From IMG/VR virus record IMGVR_UViG_3300021960_000017: a DNA stretch of 64,000 nt. One strand, 5' to 3'. The stretch comes from a virus. Lineage: Duplodnaviria > Caudoviricetes. The notes below the pieces were generated by a model. The model worked only from the letters and a program-made list of their open reading frames with translations, searched no databases and had not been told where the DNA came from. Made by a program: the position numbers and the translations under genes. Position 1 is the stretch's first letter. Every line of letters starts with the position of its first letter. Shown in pieces: positions 38,237-47,543 of this stretch.

Positions 38237-38850
38237 ATTGATTTAAGTTTATTACTGACCATATCAAATACTAAAGCGTTGCCTTGTGTAGACAAATGAT
38301 TGATAAGTCCAGGATATTTTTTTTGTATTTTAACTAAGTTGATTGCATGATCTTCGGTTATAAATTGTGGATCTACGTTTAGATTATTTACTACAACGCA
38401 AGGTACTGCGCCAATCTTAAGATTAATTTCTTTGCGGAGCAGCCTGTAAATATTATTTTGATACTGTTCATCAAAATGATAAAAGAAAAAGTTTCTTGCA
38501 GTTCTTAATGCAGTATTAAATGGATTCAGAAGATTCCACCATCTTGTGTAATGATACTCAATATCAGCTAACATTAAGTCTGCATTATGGTGTAGTTTAT
38601 CACTATAGTGTACTGGATGTTTTTTTGTATTAACTCTCAATGGCGAAGTGTGGCTAACAATAACACAATCGTAGTCGCTGATATTTTTAACAGATTCAAT
38701 TTGTTGTAGGATTTTATATTCACCAACGCCAGCTTGTGCAAGATTTGTAACTGTGTGTTGTTTAGCTATCAGATTTGGCCAGCCTGAATCATCGTTATAC
38801 TTTACCGACCAATCAGCCGCATAACTATCACCTATGATAAGTATTTTCAT
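38233..38850 (-). CDS. SGNH-like protein
   Basis: IIGDSYA, NLAQAGVGE, INHLSTQGN. Confidence 0.78.
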   Translation of the reverse strand: MKILIIGDSYAADWSVKYNDDSGWPNLIAKQHTVTNLAQAGVGEYKILQQIESVKNISDYDCVIVSHTSPLRVNTKKHPVHYSDKLHHNADLMLADIEYHYTRWWNLLNPFNTALRTARNFFFYHFDEQYQNNIYRLLRKEINLKIGAVPCVVVNNLNVDPQFITEDHAINLVKIQKKYPGLINHLSTQGNALVFDMVSNKLKSI

Positions 38851-38859
38851 TATTATAAT

Positions 38860-38887
38860 AATATAACGGATGCCAATATTAAGTCAA
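38860..38887 (-). promoter_or_regulatory. sigma70-type promoter
   Basis: TTGACT-N16-TATATT. Confidence 0.6.
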
Positions 38888-38888
38888 C

Positions 38889-39662
38889 TTATATCTGAAG
38901 AGTTTCCATTCCTCTAGCATATTTCTCAAGATGTTTAACATATTCAACCATACTATGGTCACCGAAGTTATCAATCTTACCTGCTAGTAGACCTCTCCAC
39001 ATGCCGCGGAATCTGTCCTTAACCATCTGGAAACCAGTTGGGTTACGAACATTACCCCAGGTGTTTAAGTAGTGCTGCTCGCCATGGTGTCTATAACCCA
39101 TAATTCTCAACGGTACACGAGTAACAATGTCGTTATTGTTTACCCAGCGATGGTGTGTAACTGCCAAACTATCTACATATTTTTTCCAACCTACTCTAGG
39201 TGACCCATATGTGTATAGTTCTTCTACTGCTGGAATACCTTCGTATAAGTGACAGCGGCTAGCCATAATAGTTGCCATTGCTGCACCTAAACTGTGGCCG
39301 CAAAACCATAGTTTTTGTTTTGTTTTCTGAATATCTTCAAGCACCATTGGCCAAAGTTCGTCTACCTCTGCTTTGAAGCCACGGTGTACACGGCTAACTG
39401 TCTCTGCTACAACTGGCATTGCCTGTAAGTCTGCTTTAATGTCGTTAAGTTCTGTTGGCTGTGTGCCTCTGCATGCAATAACACAATCGTCTTTGTTTTG
39501 AAAACGATATGCCTGTGCGCCATCTCTGTTATAAAATTTTGTTGTTGTAAATCCTAGAACTTTTGCAGCGGCTTTGGCGCCTTTCTCGTCTAGATATGCT
39601 ATTTGTGCAAGTTTTGCAAATAAAAGGCTTCTTTCTTGAAAATTCTGCTCAGTGATAGACAT
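38889..39662 (-). CDS. lipase, class 3 (alpha/beta hydrolase)
   Basis: ACRGT, VHRGF, GHSLG, YTYGSPRVG, NNNDIVTRVP, DH. Confidence 0.92.
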   Translation of the reverse strand: MSITEQNFQERSLLFAKLAQIAYLDEKGAKAAAKVLGFTTTKFYNRDGAQAYRFQNKDDCVIACRGTQPTELNDIKADLQAMPVVAETVSRVHRGFKAEVDELWPMVLEDIQKTKQKLWFCGHSLGAAMATIMASRCHLYEGIPAVEELYTYGSPRVGWKKYVDSLAVTHHRWVNNNDIVTRVPLRIMGYRHHGEQHYLNTWGNVRNPTGFQMVKDRFRGMWRGLLAGKIDNFGDHSMVEYVKHLEKYARGMETLQI

Positions 39663-39687
39663 TGCTCTTCTCCCTTTGTTATAATAA

Positions 39688-39702
39688 TATTTAACATAAA
39701 TA
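39688..39702. promoter_or_regulatory. back-to-back divergent late promoters
   Basis: TATTTA (39688-39693, minus) and TAAATA (39697-39702, plus). Confidence 0.55.
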
Positions 39703-39723
39703 CATGAAAATAGGCGTAGTAGA

Positions 39724-39978
39724 ATGAAAAAGCATACCCGCAGTATATTGCAGGAGCTCAGTTTAGCAGCTCATAAGAAAGATCGTCAGCATCTTATTGA
39801 AACTCGCGGCGAGAATATTATTGAAAGTGCAATTAATATTATTGAAGAAATCTATAGAAACTACGACGCTGAAACTGCCGGCGATCTTGAGCGCAGATTT
39901 ATTAACAGTATTCGCAATCGTGACACCAAGCGTTTTATAGTGGGCATGAAGCGAGCAGACACAGATGAAAATAAATGA
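39724..39978 (+). CDS. hypothetical late protein
   Basis: 84-aa ORF after the late promoter. Confidence 0.7.
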   Translation: MKKHTRSILQELSLAAHKKDRQHLIETRGENIIESAINIIEEIYRNYDAETAGDLERRFINSIRNRDTKRFIVGMKRADTDENK

Positions 39979-41212
39979 AGTAGCATTCACTCAAGCATGG
40001 TATCTTGTTGAGGGTAAAGAGGGCAAGAATGTCCACTTAACTCATCTAGAAGACCTAGTGTTTGATGAAGGCTATGCTGGTGCACAAAAAGCTCTACAGT
40101 ATGTAAACGGTGTGCGTGACATGCTAGCACAGGGTGGCGGCAAGCAGAAAGTAACAGTAAAATGGGACGGTGCACCTGCTATATTTGCTGGCACAGATCC
40201 GGCAGATGGTAAGTTTTTTGTTGGCACCAAGAGCGTGTTTGCTCAGTCTCCTAAATTAGTTAAAGACAAAGCAAGTTTAGACGAGTATTATGCTGGTACA
40301 GCATTACACGATATACTGGGACAAAGTTTTACCTATTTAAAAAAGTTAGGCATACAGGGTGTGCTACAGGGCGACCTATTGTTTAGCCCACTAAGGCCTC
40401 CTGAAACATCTGAAATAGATGGTGAAAGTTATATTACTTTTAGACCTAACACAATTACATATGCTGTAAAAGATGGAACAGACTTAGCAAATCGTATTAA
40501 ACGTGCTAAACTAGGTGTAGTATTCCATACAACATACTCAGGCCCTAGTGTAGCAGACATGCAGGCAGAGTTTGGTGCTGATGTAAGCAGTTTAAAAGGC
40601 AGCTCAGATGTTTGGGTTGAGGATGCTTACTACAAAGATTATACTGGCACAGCCACACTAACTGATGCTGAAAATAAGGAAATGCTAGCCAAGGTACAGG
40701 GTATTAGCAACCAACTTAAAAAGACAGATCCTGCTACTTTTGACAAGTTCTTAAATGAACCTGACATAAGTGCTATGCTTAATATTTTTATGAACAGCCG
40801 AGTGCGTAGCGGTGAAATGGTAGGCGATCCTAAAGCATTTATAAATGGATTCCTTCAATTTTATAAAGACCGTATGCAAAAAGAAGTAGAGAAACTAAAA
40901 GGTGGCGCAGATTCACCAGCAGGCCAACGTCGCATGGAAAAGATAAATGCCATGAACGACTTTGTTAAAGATAACTTCAGTACACTTGTTAGTATGCTTG
41001 ACATTTATAGACAATTAATTGGTGCTAAACTATCCCTAATAAGCAAACTAAATACGGTAGAGGGTATTGGTACTTTCCTTAAAACTGATACTGGTTATAA
41101 GGTTACTAATCCTGAAGGCTATGTGGCAATAGGCCATGAAGGTGGTGCAGTTAAATTCAACGATAGATTGGAATTTAACCGTGCTAACTTTATGCTTGCC
41201 AAGGAATGGTAA
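39965..41212 (+). CDS. RNA-ligase-like (KxDG) putative virion protein, DUF6267-like
   Basis: HLTHLED, VTVKWDGAPA, FVGTKS, LQGDLLF, PEGYV. Confidence 0.7.
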   Translation: MKINEVAFTQAWYLVEGKEGKNVHLTHLEDLVFDEGYAGAQKALQYVNGVRDMLAQGGGKQKVTVKWDGAPAIFAGTDPADGKFFVGTKSVFAQSPKLVKDKASLDEYYAGTALHDILGQSFTYLKKLGIQGVLQGDLLFSPLRPPETSEIDGESYITFRPNTITYAVKDGTDLANRIKRAKLGVVFHTTYSGPSVADMQAEFGADVSSLKGSSDVWVEDAYYKDYTGTATLTDAENKEMLAKVQGISNQLKKTDPATFDKFLNEPDISAMLNIFMNSRVRSGEMVGDPKAFINGFLQFYKDRMQKEVEKLKGGADSPAGQRRMEKINAMNDFVKDNFSTLVSMLDIYRQLIGAKLSLISKLNTVEGIGTFLKTDTGYKVTNPEGYVAIGHEGGAVKFNDRLEFNRANFMLAKEW

Positions 41213-41887
41213 ATGTTTGAATTTTTAAAAGAAGAATTAACAGAAGCAAAGTATATTAGATCTCCTCGCGACACAGTAGGCCGTAGTGATCAAGGTATTG
41301 CTGAAAGTTTCTTTGAACATTTATTAGTTCTACAACAAATGCGTTTTGAAAATCCAGCATATGCTCAGAAGTATGCTAGTGATACGTTACGCTACATGAG
41401 CTTTAACAATGTTAGAACTGGCGCAACTGATTTGCACAATCTAGCAAGCATACTTAATAATCCAACTAGATTTGCAGACAAAATGGGCACAAGTGGCTTA
41501 CAATTTGACGAACTAGGATTTAAACGCTACCTTCGCAATATTAAAGATGGCAAATATATGCCCGCTCAAGACCGTGCATTCTTTTATAAAATGCAAAAAA
41601 ATCTAGGCATAAAAAATGGTCTACTCAACCAGGCAAGACGCATGATGAGTGATTATACTGCGGCTAGTGGCAGTGAGCGTACTAATGTAAGTGCTAGAAT
41701 GGTAAATGCATTTAGACAAGATGGCCAATATCGCAGTGATATGTTTAGTCCATATGCTAAAACAATTAAAAACAATAAACTACTTCCTGACACAGAAAAG
41801 CCAGGAATGAGTTTGGCTGCAAAGACTGCTATTGCTACTGTAGGCGGTTTTGCTGCTGGATATGCAATTTCTAGAGCTCTAGACTAA
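41213..41887 (+). CDS. putative virion/head protein
   Basis: N-terminal LKEELTEA propeptide-like segment; hydrophobic G/A C-terminus. Confidence 0.55.
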   Translation: MFEFLKEELTEAKYIRSPRDTVGRSDQGIAESFFEHLLVLQQMRFENPAYAQKYASDTLRYMSFNNVRTGATDLHNLASILNNPTRFADKMGTSGLQFDELGFKRYLRNIKDGKYMPAQDRAFFYKMQKNLGIKNGLLNQARRMMSDYTAASGSERTNVSARMVNAFRQDGQYRSDMFSPYAKTIKNNKLLPDTEKPGMSLAAKTAIATVGGFAAGYAISRALD

Positions 41888-41949
41888 AACTTTTACTTTT
41901 CCGTGATAAATATCAGTAAGCTCGAAATGATCGGGCAATGGAGAAAGAA

Positions 41950-42366
41950 ATGGCAGAAATTACCAGAGTTCACGGTAATGCTTTTGGCGTTGTAGCCAAT
42001 GACCGCGGCGAAGCCGGTAGCGGTGCAATTAGTGCAGACGAAACAGTAATTCTTAATGGTCCACAGTTAGACTTCTTTAAGATCATTGTTAAGGATGTAT
42101 CAGGTAACGTAGAGGATCTACGCAACGAATTAGACGCAGGTGAAGGTGTAGAAGCAATTCTACGTCACATTGGTCTTAAGGGTAACATTGAAATTTACCA
42201 AGTTGAGGGCGACACAAGTGGTCAAATTAGTGTTGCTATTTACCCAGCAGGTGCTTATACAGCATCAACACTTCAAACAGCAGTTCGTACATTAAGTGCT
42301 GCTGGCGCTAACAACCTCGACTGCTCAAGCAGCGATGTAACAGATCCTGGCTTCGAGCTAGTATAA
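41950..42366 (+). CDS. putative abundant virion protein
   Basis: TAAATA upstream, GGAG RBS, high-expression codon bias; start placed at MAEIT. Confidence 0.6.
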   Translation: MAEITRVHGNAFGVVANDRGEAGSGAISADETVILNGPQLDFFKIIVKDVSGNVEDLRNELDAGEGVEAILRHIGLKGNIEIYQVEGDTSGQISVAIYPAGAYTASTLQTAVRTLSAAGANNLDCSSSDVTDPGFELV

Positions 42367-42386
42367 TATAAAAGGGAACAGTTCAA

Positions 42387-42692
42387 ATGGCTGATTTAAG
42401 TGAAGGCGTAAGAAACGCACAAACATATAGCGGTGACCGTCAGGTAGCCCTAACAAGTCTCTCAAAGAGCAACATGACACAGGACGAGCTCGACGCAGCA
42501 ATCCAGTTCATTCAGAAGACAGCAACAGTTATCGGTATCGGTGACGACACAGCAGGTGGCTTTAACGCTGGTGTTAGTGATGTTGTTTATGTACTTTCAG
42601 AAGGTCCTGCTCCAGCAGCAGGTTCAGACTTCGGTGAAGGCACAACAGGTGTAACAGCGGCAGTTGTTGCATACTTTGACAACCTTCTCTAA
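42387..42692 (+). CDS. putative abundant virion protein
   Basis: High-expression codon bias, followed by a terminator. Confidence 0.6.
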   Translation: MADLSEGVRNAQTYSGDRQVALTSLSKSNMTQDELDAAIQFIQKTATVIGIGDDTAGGFNAGVSDVVYVLSEGPAPAAGSDFGEGTTGVTAAVVAYFDNLL

Positions 42693-42711
42693 GGTTTAAA
42701 AATAAACTGTT

Positions 42712-42744
42712 AAAAGGGCGGTGTTTTTACATCGCCCTTTTTTA
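42712..42744 (+). terminator. intrinsic terminator
   Basis: AAAAGGGCGGTGT-tttt-ACATCGCCCTTTT + TTT. Confidence 0.85.
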
Positions 42745-42762
42745 TTCTACATACATAATAAT

Positions 42763-43182
42763 ATGAGACATTGTTCAAGCGTATGGCAGGATCATCCTGG
42801 CATACATAAAGTAGATATCGATAAACTAAGTCCAATGAGTTGGCATGCAGATAACCGTTGGTACTGGCGAGATTTGCCACGCATAATGGATGACGGTTTG
42901 TGGTATCCATTACTATATTATAAATGTACACTAGACTGGTGGAACACAAGTTTCTACAAACGCAAAGGTTCACACGAAATGTGGACGCATATAAATCCTC
43001 CCCAAGTAAATGAAGATGGTATGATATGGGGCGTGTATATGGGCACAAACAGATTGAAATGTCTTAAGTTTATGTCGTATAATAGTGTTGATTGTATAGA
43101 ATGCAAAGGCCAGGCACAGTTAATCGAGCTAGGTGTATATTTAAGAGACAAGGATCCACTACACAATGCCGTTACAGTATGA
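42763..43182 (+). CDS. ParB/Srx-like domain protein
   Basis: IMDDGLWYPLL...VYMGTNRL..LKFMSY..VDCI. Confidence 0.5.
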   Translation: MRHCSSVWQDHPGIHKVDIDKLSPMSWHADNRWYWRDLPRIMDDGLWYPLLYYKCTLDWWNTSFYKRKGSHEMWTHINPPQVNEDGMIWGVYMGTNRLKCLKFMSYNSVDCIECKGQAQLIELGVYLRDKDPLHNAVTV

Positions 43183-43633
43183 AGAAATATGGCACCTGCT
43201 CACACTGGTTGACATTACAGAAACTGGACATACCAGAGGCACCGGACTATTAAGAAATCAACAACGTAATTTCGAAACTGTTCAGCAAGTAATAGGTATG
43301 CTAACACAGCCTTTTGGAATAGGGCCTCCTTCTAGTTACAAGTGGGGTAAAGTACATAGACGGTTTAAAGACACAGGCACGGTATGGGGCGAGGTCCATG
43401 ACTTTACTCAGGAAATGCTTGCAGATTTAAATGTGTGGTTGTGGCGTTTTGGTATAGAGCGTGAAGGTGTTTTTGATTTACATGAAAAATTTGACGGTAA
43501 AAATTTACTTAATGCGTTTGAAAATGTGCCTGTTATAACTGGATTAACAGAAAATGCAGTACTACAACCACCTGTGTTTAGTATATCCCCTAAACTACAA
43601 AATGTGCTATTAATATGTGAGACTAGGCGGTAA
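43166..43633 (+). CDS. hypothetical protein
   Basis: 155-aa ORF. Confidence 0.7.
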   Translation: MPLQYEEIWHLLTLVDITETGHTRGTGLLRNQQRNFETVQQVIGMLTQPFGIGPPSSYKWGKVHRRFKDTGTVWGEVHDFTQEMLADLNVWLWRFGIEREGVFDLHEKFDGKNLLNAFENVPVITGLTENAVLQPPVFSISPKLQNVLLICETRR

Positions 43634-43634
43634 C

Positions 43635-43734
43635 TAAATATGTATGATGCATTAGGCACAACTAGGCTCATTATAGGCAAAAAAATAGGCATACAATCAA
43701 GCATCACCCAAAGGAGTTGGTGAGACCGTAATCA
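43635..43734 (+). promoter_or_regulatory. late promoter + structured leader with 4x TAGGC
   Basis: TAAATA 43635-43640; TAGGC at 43653, 43663, 43674, 43686; GATGC/GCATC flanks; TCACC(C)AA-AGGAG-TTGGTGA hairpin. Confidence 0.65.
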
Positions 43735-43983
43735 ATGGCAGACATTGAAAAAGAAAGTTTAGAAGCACACGTAGAGTTGTGCTCTGAAAGGTATAAAGCA
43801 TTGCACGATAAACTCGATGCAGTAAATCTTCGTCTTGACAAACAAGACAAGACACTAACTCACATCGCTACTAGTATTAGCAAAATGGAAGAAGGACGCA
43901 ACAAGCAAGTAATGGCTTGGGGTGCAGGTATTATTGCTGCACTTGCTGCGGCAGTAGGCGTTTTACTTTTAAAAGTCCTTTAA
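43735..43983 (+). CDS. coiled-coil + C-terminal TM protein (XhlA/holin-like)
   Basis: Heptad region followed by WGAGIIAALAAAVGVLLL. Confidence 0.55.
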   Translation: MADIEKESLEAHVELCSERYKALHDKLDAVNLRLDKQDKTLTHIATSISKMEEGRNKQVMAWGAGIIAALAAAVGVLLLKVL

Positions 43984-44003
43984 TAAAACTCATAAATACA
44001 TAT

Positions 44004-44273
44004 ATGTTAACGAGCGAAATTACAGAAGCTATGGCGTGGGCAAAGCGTGGCAATACAGTTGTCCGTAAGTTCCGTTGTTCTAGTGGCAGACGCAAAGGGC
44101 GTATTGTTGCTAAACCTGCTCAGTGTTTTGCTGCACCTGACATACAAAAGCGTATTAAGTTAAAGATGACTAAAATGCGTTTAGGTAGCAAGATGATCAG
44201 AAAGTCTAAAAGGACCAAAAAGGTTAATCCTGCTAGTAAGAGAGTAGCAGCCCTTAATAGGAGTAGCAGATGA
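44004..44273 (+). CDS. highly basic putative head protein
   Basis: K/R-rich; ATG 5 nt after TAAATA; ITEA propeptide-like site. Confidence 0.65.
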   Translation: MLTSEITEAMAWAKRGNTVVRKFRCSSGRRKGRIVAKPAQCFAAPDIQKRIKLKMTKMRLGSKMIRKSKRTKKVNPASKRVAALNRSSR

Positions 44274-44563
44274 AAATTTTAGAAGTTTTAACTCCCAAAC
44301 TAAAAAAGGGCAGTAATGTTGTTATCAACGAATCCCCTTACCAAGTGATTAATTATGAAGGCAATGTGTTAACCGCAGTGCCGCAGGGTGGAGACCAACC
44401 TATTAAAATTGATGTAACAGGCTGGGTATTAGAATTTAGTCCACAGGGTCTAGTATTTAGACAGCCTAAAAGCCCAGCAGAAAAAGATCGTAGTCTACCA
44501 CCTGGCAGTATTGTTGACATACAGGGCACGCCTAGAATCATAGGAACTCCAGAGAGGGGTTGA
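44270..44563 (+). CDS. hypothetical (putative head) protein
   Basis: MKILE start. Confidence 0.65.
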   Translation: MKILEVLTPKLKKGSNVVINESPYQVINYEGNVLTAVPQGGDQPIKIDVTGWVLEFSPQGLVFRQPKSPAEKDRSLPPGSIVDIQGTPRIIGTPERG

Positions 44564-44564
44564 T

Positions 44565-44783
44565 ATGAGATTTTTAGAATTTTCCAAGGGACCAAGTACC
44601 TATATAACAAATGAAGAGCAAGATTTGTTGCACCATGTAGACGCAAATGGTGTTTTGTATAAAAAGAAGTTATCAGAACGTGAAGCAGAGATAGCAAACA
44701 GACTTGTAAACCGAGATTTGCTATTAAGGAAAAGAATCAATGATCAAATTACATACCAAAGAAGCTCTAAGTCAAAACCTTAA
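44565..44783 (+). CDS. hypothetical (putative head) protein
   Basis: MRFLE start. Confidence 0.65.
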   Translation: MRFLEFSKGPSTYITNEEQDLLHHVDANGVLYKKKLSEREAEIANRLVNRDLLLRKRINDQITYQRSSKSKP

Positions 44784-45162
44784 TAAAATAATCGAAAACA
44801 ATACAACATTAAAAATATTACAAAAATCAGATAAGATCTTTGTTAATAATAAAACAATAAAACAAGAAGGTGACTTTTTTGTTTTAGATAATGCTGAGTA
44901 TTTCTTTAGAAAAAAGTCTGCTGTAGCATATGCAGTTTGTTTAGAAAATAAAAATTCCAGCCTGGCTAGTAAAATACAACGGCTTGACAGTAATTTAGGC
45001 AAACTTTATGAAGATTATTTCTGGTACAGCAATGGTGTAAAGAACACAAAAGACAAAATTAAAAAAATAAATCTATTTAATAGATTATCAGATCTCAAGC
45101 CTAAACTCATGTCCACAAAACGAGAGCTGGATCTAACTTTGAAATCCGTAAAAATAGCATAA
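44740..45162 (+). CDS. hypothetical protein
   Basis: 140-aa ORF. Confidence 0.65.
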   Translation: MIKLHTKEALSQNLNKIIENNTTLKILQKSDKIFVNNKTIKQEGDFFVLDNAEYFFRKKSAVAYAVCLENKNSSLASKIQRLDSNLGKLYEDYFWYSNGVKNTKDKIKKINLFNRLSDLKPKLMSTKRELDLTLKSVKIA

Positions 45163-45188
45163 ATACAATAATAGTTGAGGAAATTACA

Positions 45189-45986
45189 ATGAATTTAGAC
45201 GACCTTATTCCGGCTCCCAATGCTAAGAAGGTAGCACAAATTGCAGGCAAGACATTTGGCTACACACTTGATTTAGACAAATTGAATCACGACAAGGCGG
45301 TAAAGTTACGTGAATCTTTTGCAGGCAAACTAGCACATATTGAAAAGAAACTAGGTGCTAAGATTGGCAATAACAGAAGTTATTTGCAAAACAAACTCTT
45401 CTTAGAAGCTATTGACAAGTTTATTGCAGAAGGCCATGGCGTGCATGGTAAGGTTTGTAAAGATTGTGGTTGTGAATTTGATAATCCAAAGCCAGGTTGT
45501 GACTGCAAACATGACGGTCATAATGCTAATGGCAGCAACTGGATCAGTGCACTAGAATTAGAAGAATCAGTTGTTACTGAAGGCACACTTGAAAATTCAG
45601 AACTAGTGCTTGCTGCTAAAGACATGGTAGACAAGATCCAGGCTATGGTAGAAGATCTAGGCGAGATGCAAAACGAACAATTAGGTCCTCTTACAGATGC
45701 TATTAGAGACGAGATGGGTACCGACGTTGCAGACCAATTTAAAGTTGCAATGGAACAGGTAGTAGTTAGCGCACTTGAAAATATGAGAGCAAGTCGCGAC
45801 GCTGCTGACCAAGCAAGTAGAATCCTACAAGGCGAAGCACCACCAGCAATGATGGGTCCAGAAGAGGAACCAGCAATGGAACCAACAACTGACATGGACA
45901 TGGAACAGCCAGCTGAAGAAGACTTTGGTGCTGCTGATGCCGCACAAGCAGGTGACGAAGAGCTAGGCAGAGAACGCCGTGGCTAA
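45189..45986 (+). CDS. putative prohead core/scaffold protein
   Basis: Late promoter; helical acidic C-terminal half; internal Cys/His cluster (CKDC..CDCKHDGH). Confidence 0.5.
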   Translation: MNLDDLIPAPNAKKVAQIAGKTFGYTLDLDKLNHDKAVKLRESFAGKLAHIEKKLGAKIGNNRSYLQNKLFLEAIDKFIAEGHGVHGKVCKDCGCEFDNPKPGCDCKHDGHNANGSNWISALELEESVVTEGTLENSELVLAAKDMVDKIQAMVEDLGEMQNEQLGPLTDAIRDEMGTDVADQFKVAMEQVVVSALENMRASRDAADQASRILQGEAPPAMMGPEEEPAMEPTTDMDMEQPAEEDFGAADAAQAGDEELGRERRG

Positions 45987-47166
45987 ACTGTTTGCAGACT
46001 ATCTAAAAGAAGCAGACGAAAATCCCGCAGCCATTATAATGAGCGTTGCAGAACTTATGCGTAAGGATATGGATGCAGATAATGAGGTTGCTAAAACCAG
46101 TATTCCATTTTTCCTAATGCAGTTACGCAATGCTGGACTGCCTATTTCCTACGCTGGCTTAAAAGCATACTACAATGCTCATCCAGAACTTAAGAATGTT
46201 ATACAAACATTCAATGATGAGGAAATCATATTTGTAGGACAAGGCGACGAAGCTGACGGCGAAACACTAGGCGAACCACAGGGCGACATTCCTCCTGAAG
46301 AAGTGGTAGACAACATGGCAAAACGTGCTATGAATAAGAGAATGAACGAGGAAGAAGTTGAGCTTGATGAAGCAAGAGTCCCTAAAGATGACTTAAACTG
46401 GGTTGCAACAGGTGGAGAATTCGGTAAGAAAAGAAGATTTCCTGGTTACATTATTAAAAAAGAAGGCATTAAGTACAACGCATACGACGAAGATGATATG
46501 GACCGAAGAGCGGGAGCTATGTCTTTAGAGGGTTTGGCTAGAATGTTGAAGCCTTATATAGATAGAAGAATAGGTGGCGGTTGGGAACTAAGTAAAGCTC
46601 TTGGATTGGATGACACAATGATAGAAGGCAAAGATCAAGGCGCTTCCAAAGAAGAGGAAGATGAATTCCATGTTGCACTAGACGATTTAGTGCACAAAAC
46701 TTTTGGCCATAGTAGTATGGAAAAGAAGAAGAAACCAGCAAGGGAAGAAAGGATGTCTCAAGAAGAATTCGACTACTGGCAATCACCAGAGAGTCTAGCA
46801 AAACTTGCAGGCATTGCTGAAGCAAAAGCAGATCCCAAGATTGTAGCAAAATTTGCAAGAGTTCCAGGAAGCCAGCGTTCATACTACATTATGAAGTGGG
46901 CAGAAGAAAACGGCATTGATGGCAACGAAGCAATGGAGCTTGCTGGCTATGAAAAAGGTAGCTATATGGGCTATGGCACTTATAACTGGCGCTATGTTGG
47001 TGAATCAGACATTAGCGAACGCAAACTTACAGGTGGTGAAAAGCGTAGCCGCGAAGCCAATGTAAAAAAATTAAAAAAGCATAAGGGCGACTTTGAAAAA
47101 CGCTATGGCAAAGATGCTGAAAGCGTAATGTATGCCGTTGCTACAAAGCGTGCTAAAGGGGACTGA
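45979..47166 (+). CDS. multi-module putative internal head protein
   Basis: Modules separated by [ILV]xE sites (LKEA, LDEA, MIEG, IAEA, ISER). Confidence 0.55.
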   Translation: MAKLFADYLKEADENPAAIIMSVAELMRKDMDADNEVAKTSIPFFLMQLRNAGLPISYAGLKAYYNAHPELKNVIQTFNDEEIIFVGQGDEADGETLGEPQGDIPPEEVVDNMAKRAMNKRMNEEEVELDEARVPKDDLNWVATGGEFGKKRRFPGYIIKKEGIKYNAYDEDDMDRRAGAMSLEGLARMLKPYIDRRIGGGWELSKALGLDDTMIEGKDQGASKEEEDEFHVALDDLVHKTFGHSSMEKKKKPAREERMSQEEFDYWQSPESLAKLAGIAEAKADPKIVAKFARVPGSQRSYYIMKWAEENGIDGNEAMELAGYEKGSYMGYGTYNWRYVGESDISERKLTGGEKRSREANVKKLKKHKGDFEKRYGKDAESVMYAVATKRAKGD

Positions 47167-47168
47167 TA

Positions 47169-47528
47169 GTGGCATATTTACCTACAGGTGCACAAGCTCG
47201 TGAGCGTTCACAAAACAACAATACAATAGCACAACAGATTGCTATTATGGAAATTGCAGTTTTGAATGCTATAGCAAGCAATGCGTTTAGTGCAACCATC
47301 AGTAATACTAGCACAGTAACAATACAGGGGTCTACTATTACTGGTAGCCCAATGACAGACAACGACGCAGCAGGTATAAACTACTACAAAGCCTGGCAGG
47401 GCACTATCACAGATGCAGTTGCTACAGAGCAAATGAACGAAGTTATTGCACACTTTGAAGGCAAAGGCTATACTATTGCTCGTAAAAGCACAAGCGGCAC
47501 ATATTTTTATTGGTATCTAACCTGGTAA
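47169..47528 (+). CDS. putative virion protein
   Basis: GTG start, 119 aa, T/S/A-rich. Confidence 0.6.
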   Translation: MAYLPTGAQARERSQNNNTIAQQIAIMEIAVLNAIASNAFSATISNTSTVTIQGSTITGSPMTDNDAAGINYYKAWQGTITDAVATEQMNEVIAHFEGKGYTIARKSTSGTYFYWYLTW

Positions 47529-47543
47529 ATGCTATAATTTAGT

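Noticed and set aside
43917-44003. Cys-rich N-terminal extension (MGCRYYCCTCC) of the basic head protein
   Set aside because: Overlaps the upstream TM gene in another frame; the ATG at 44004 fits the late promoter
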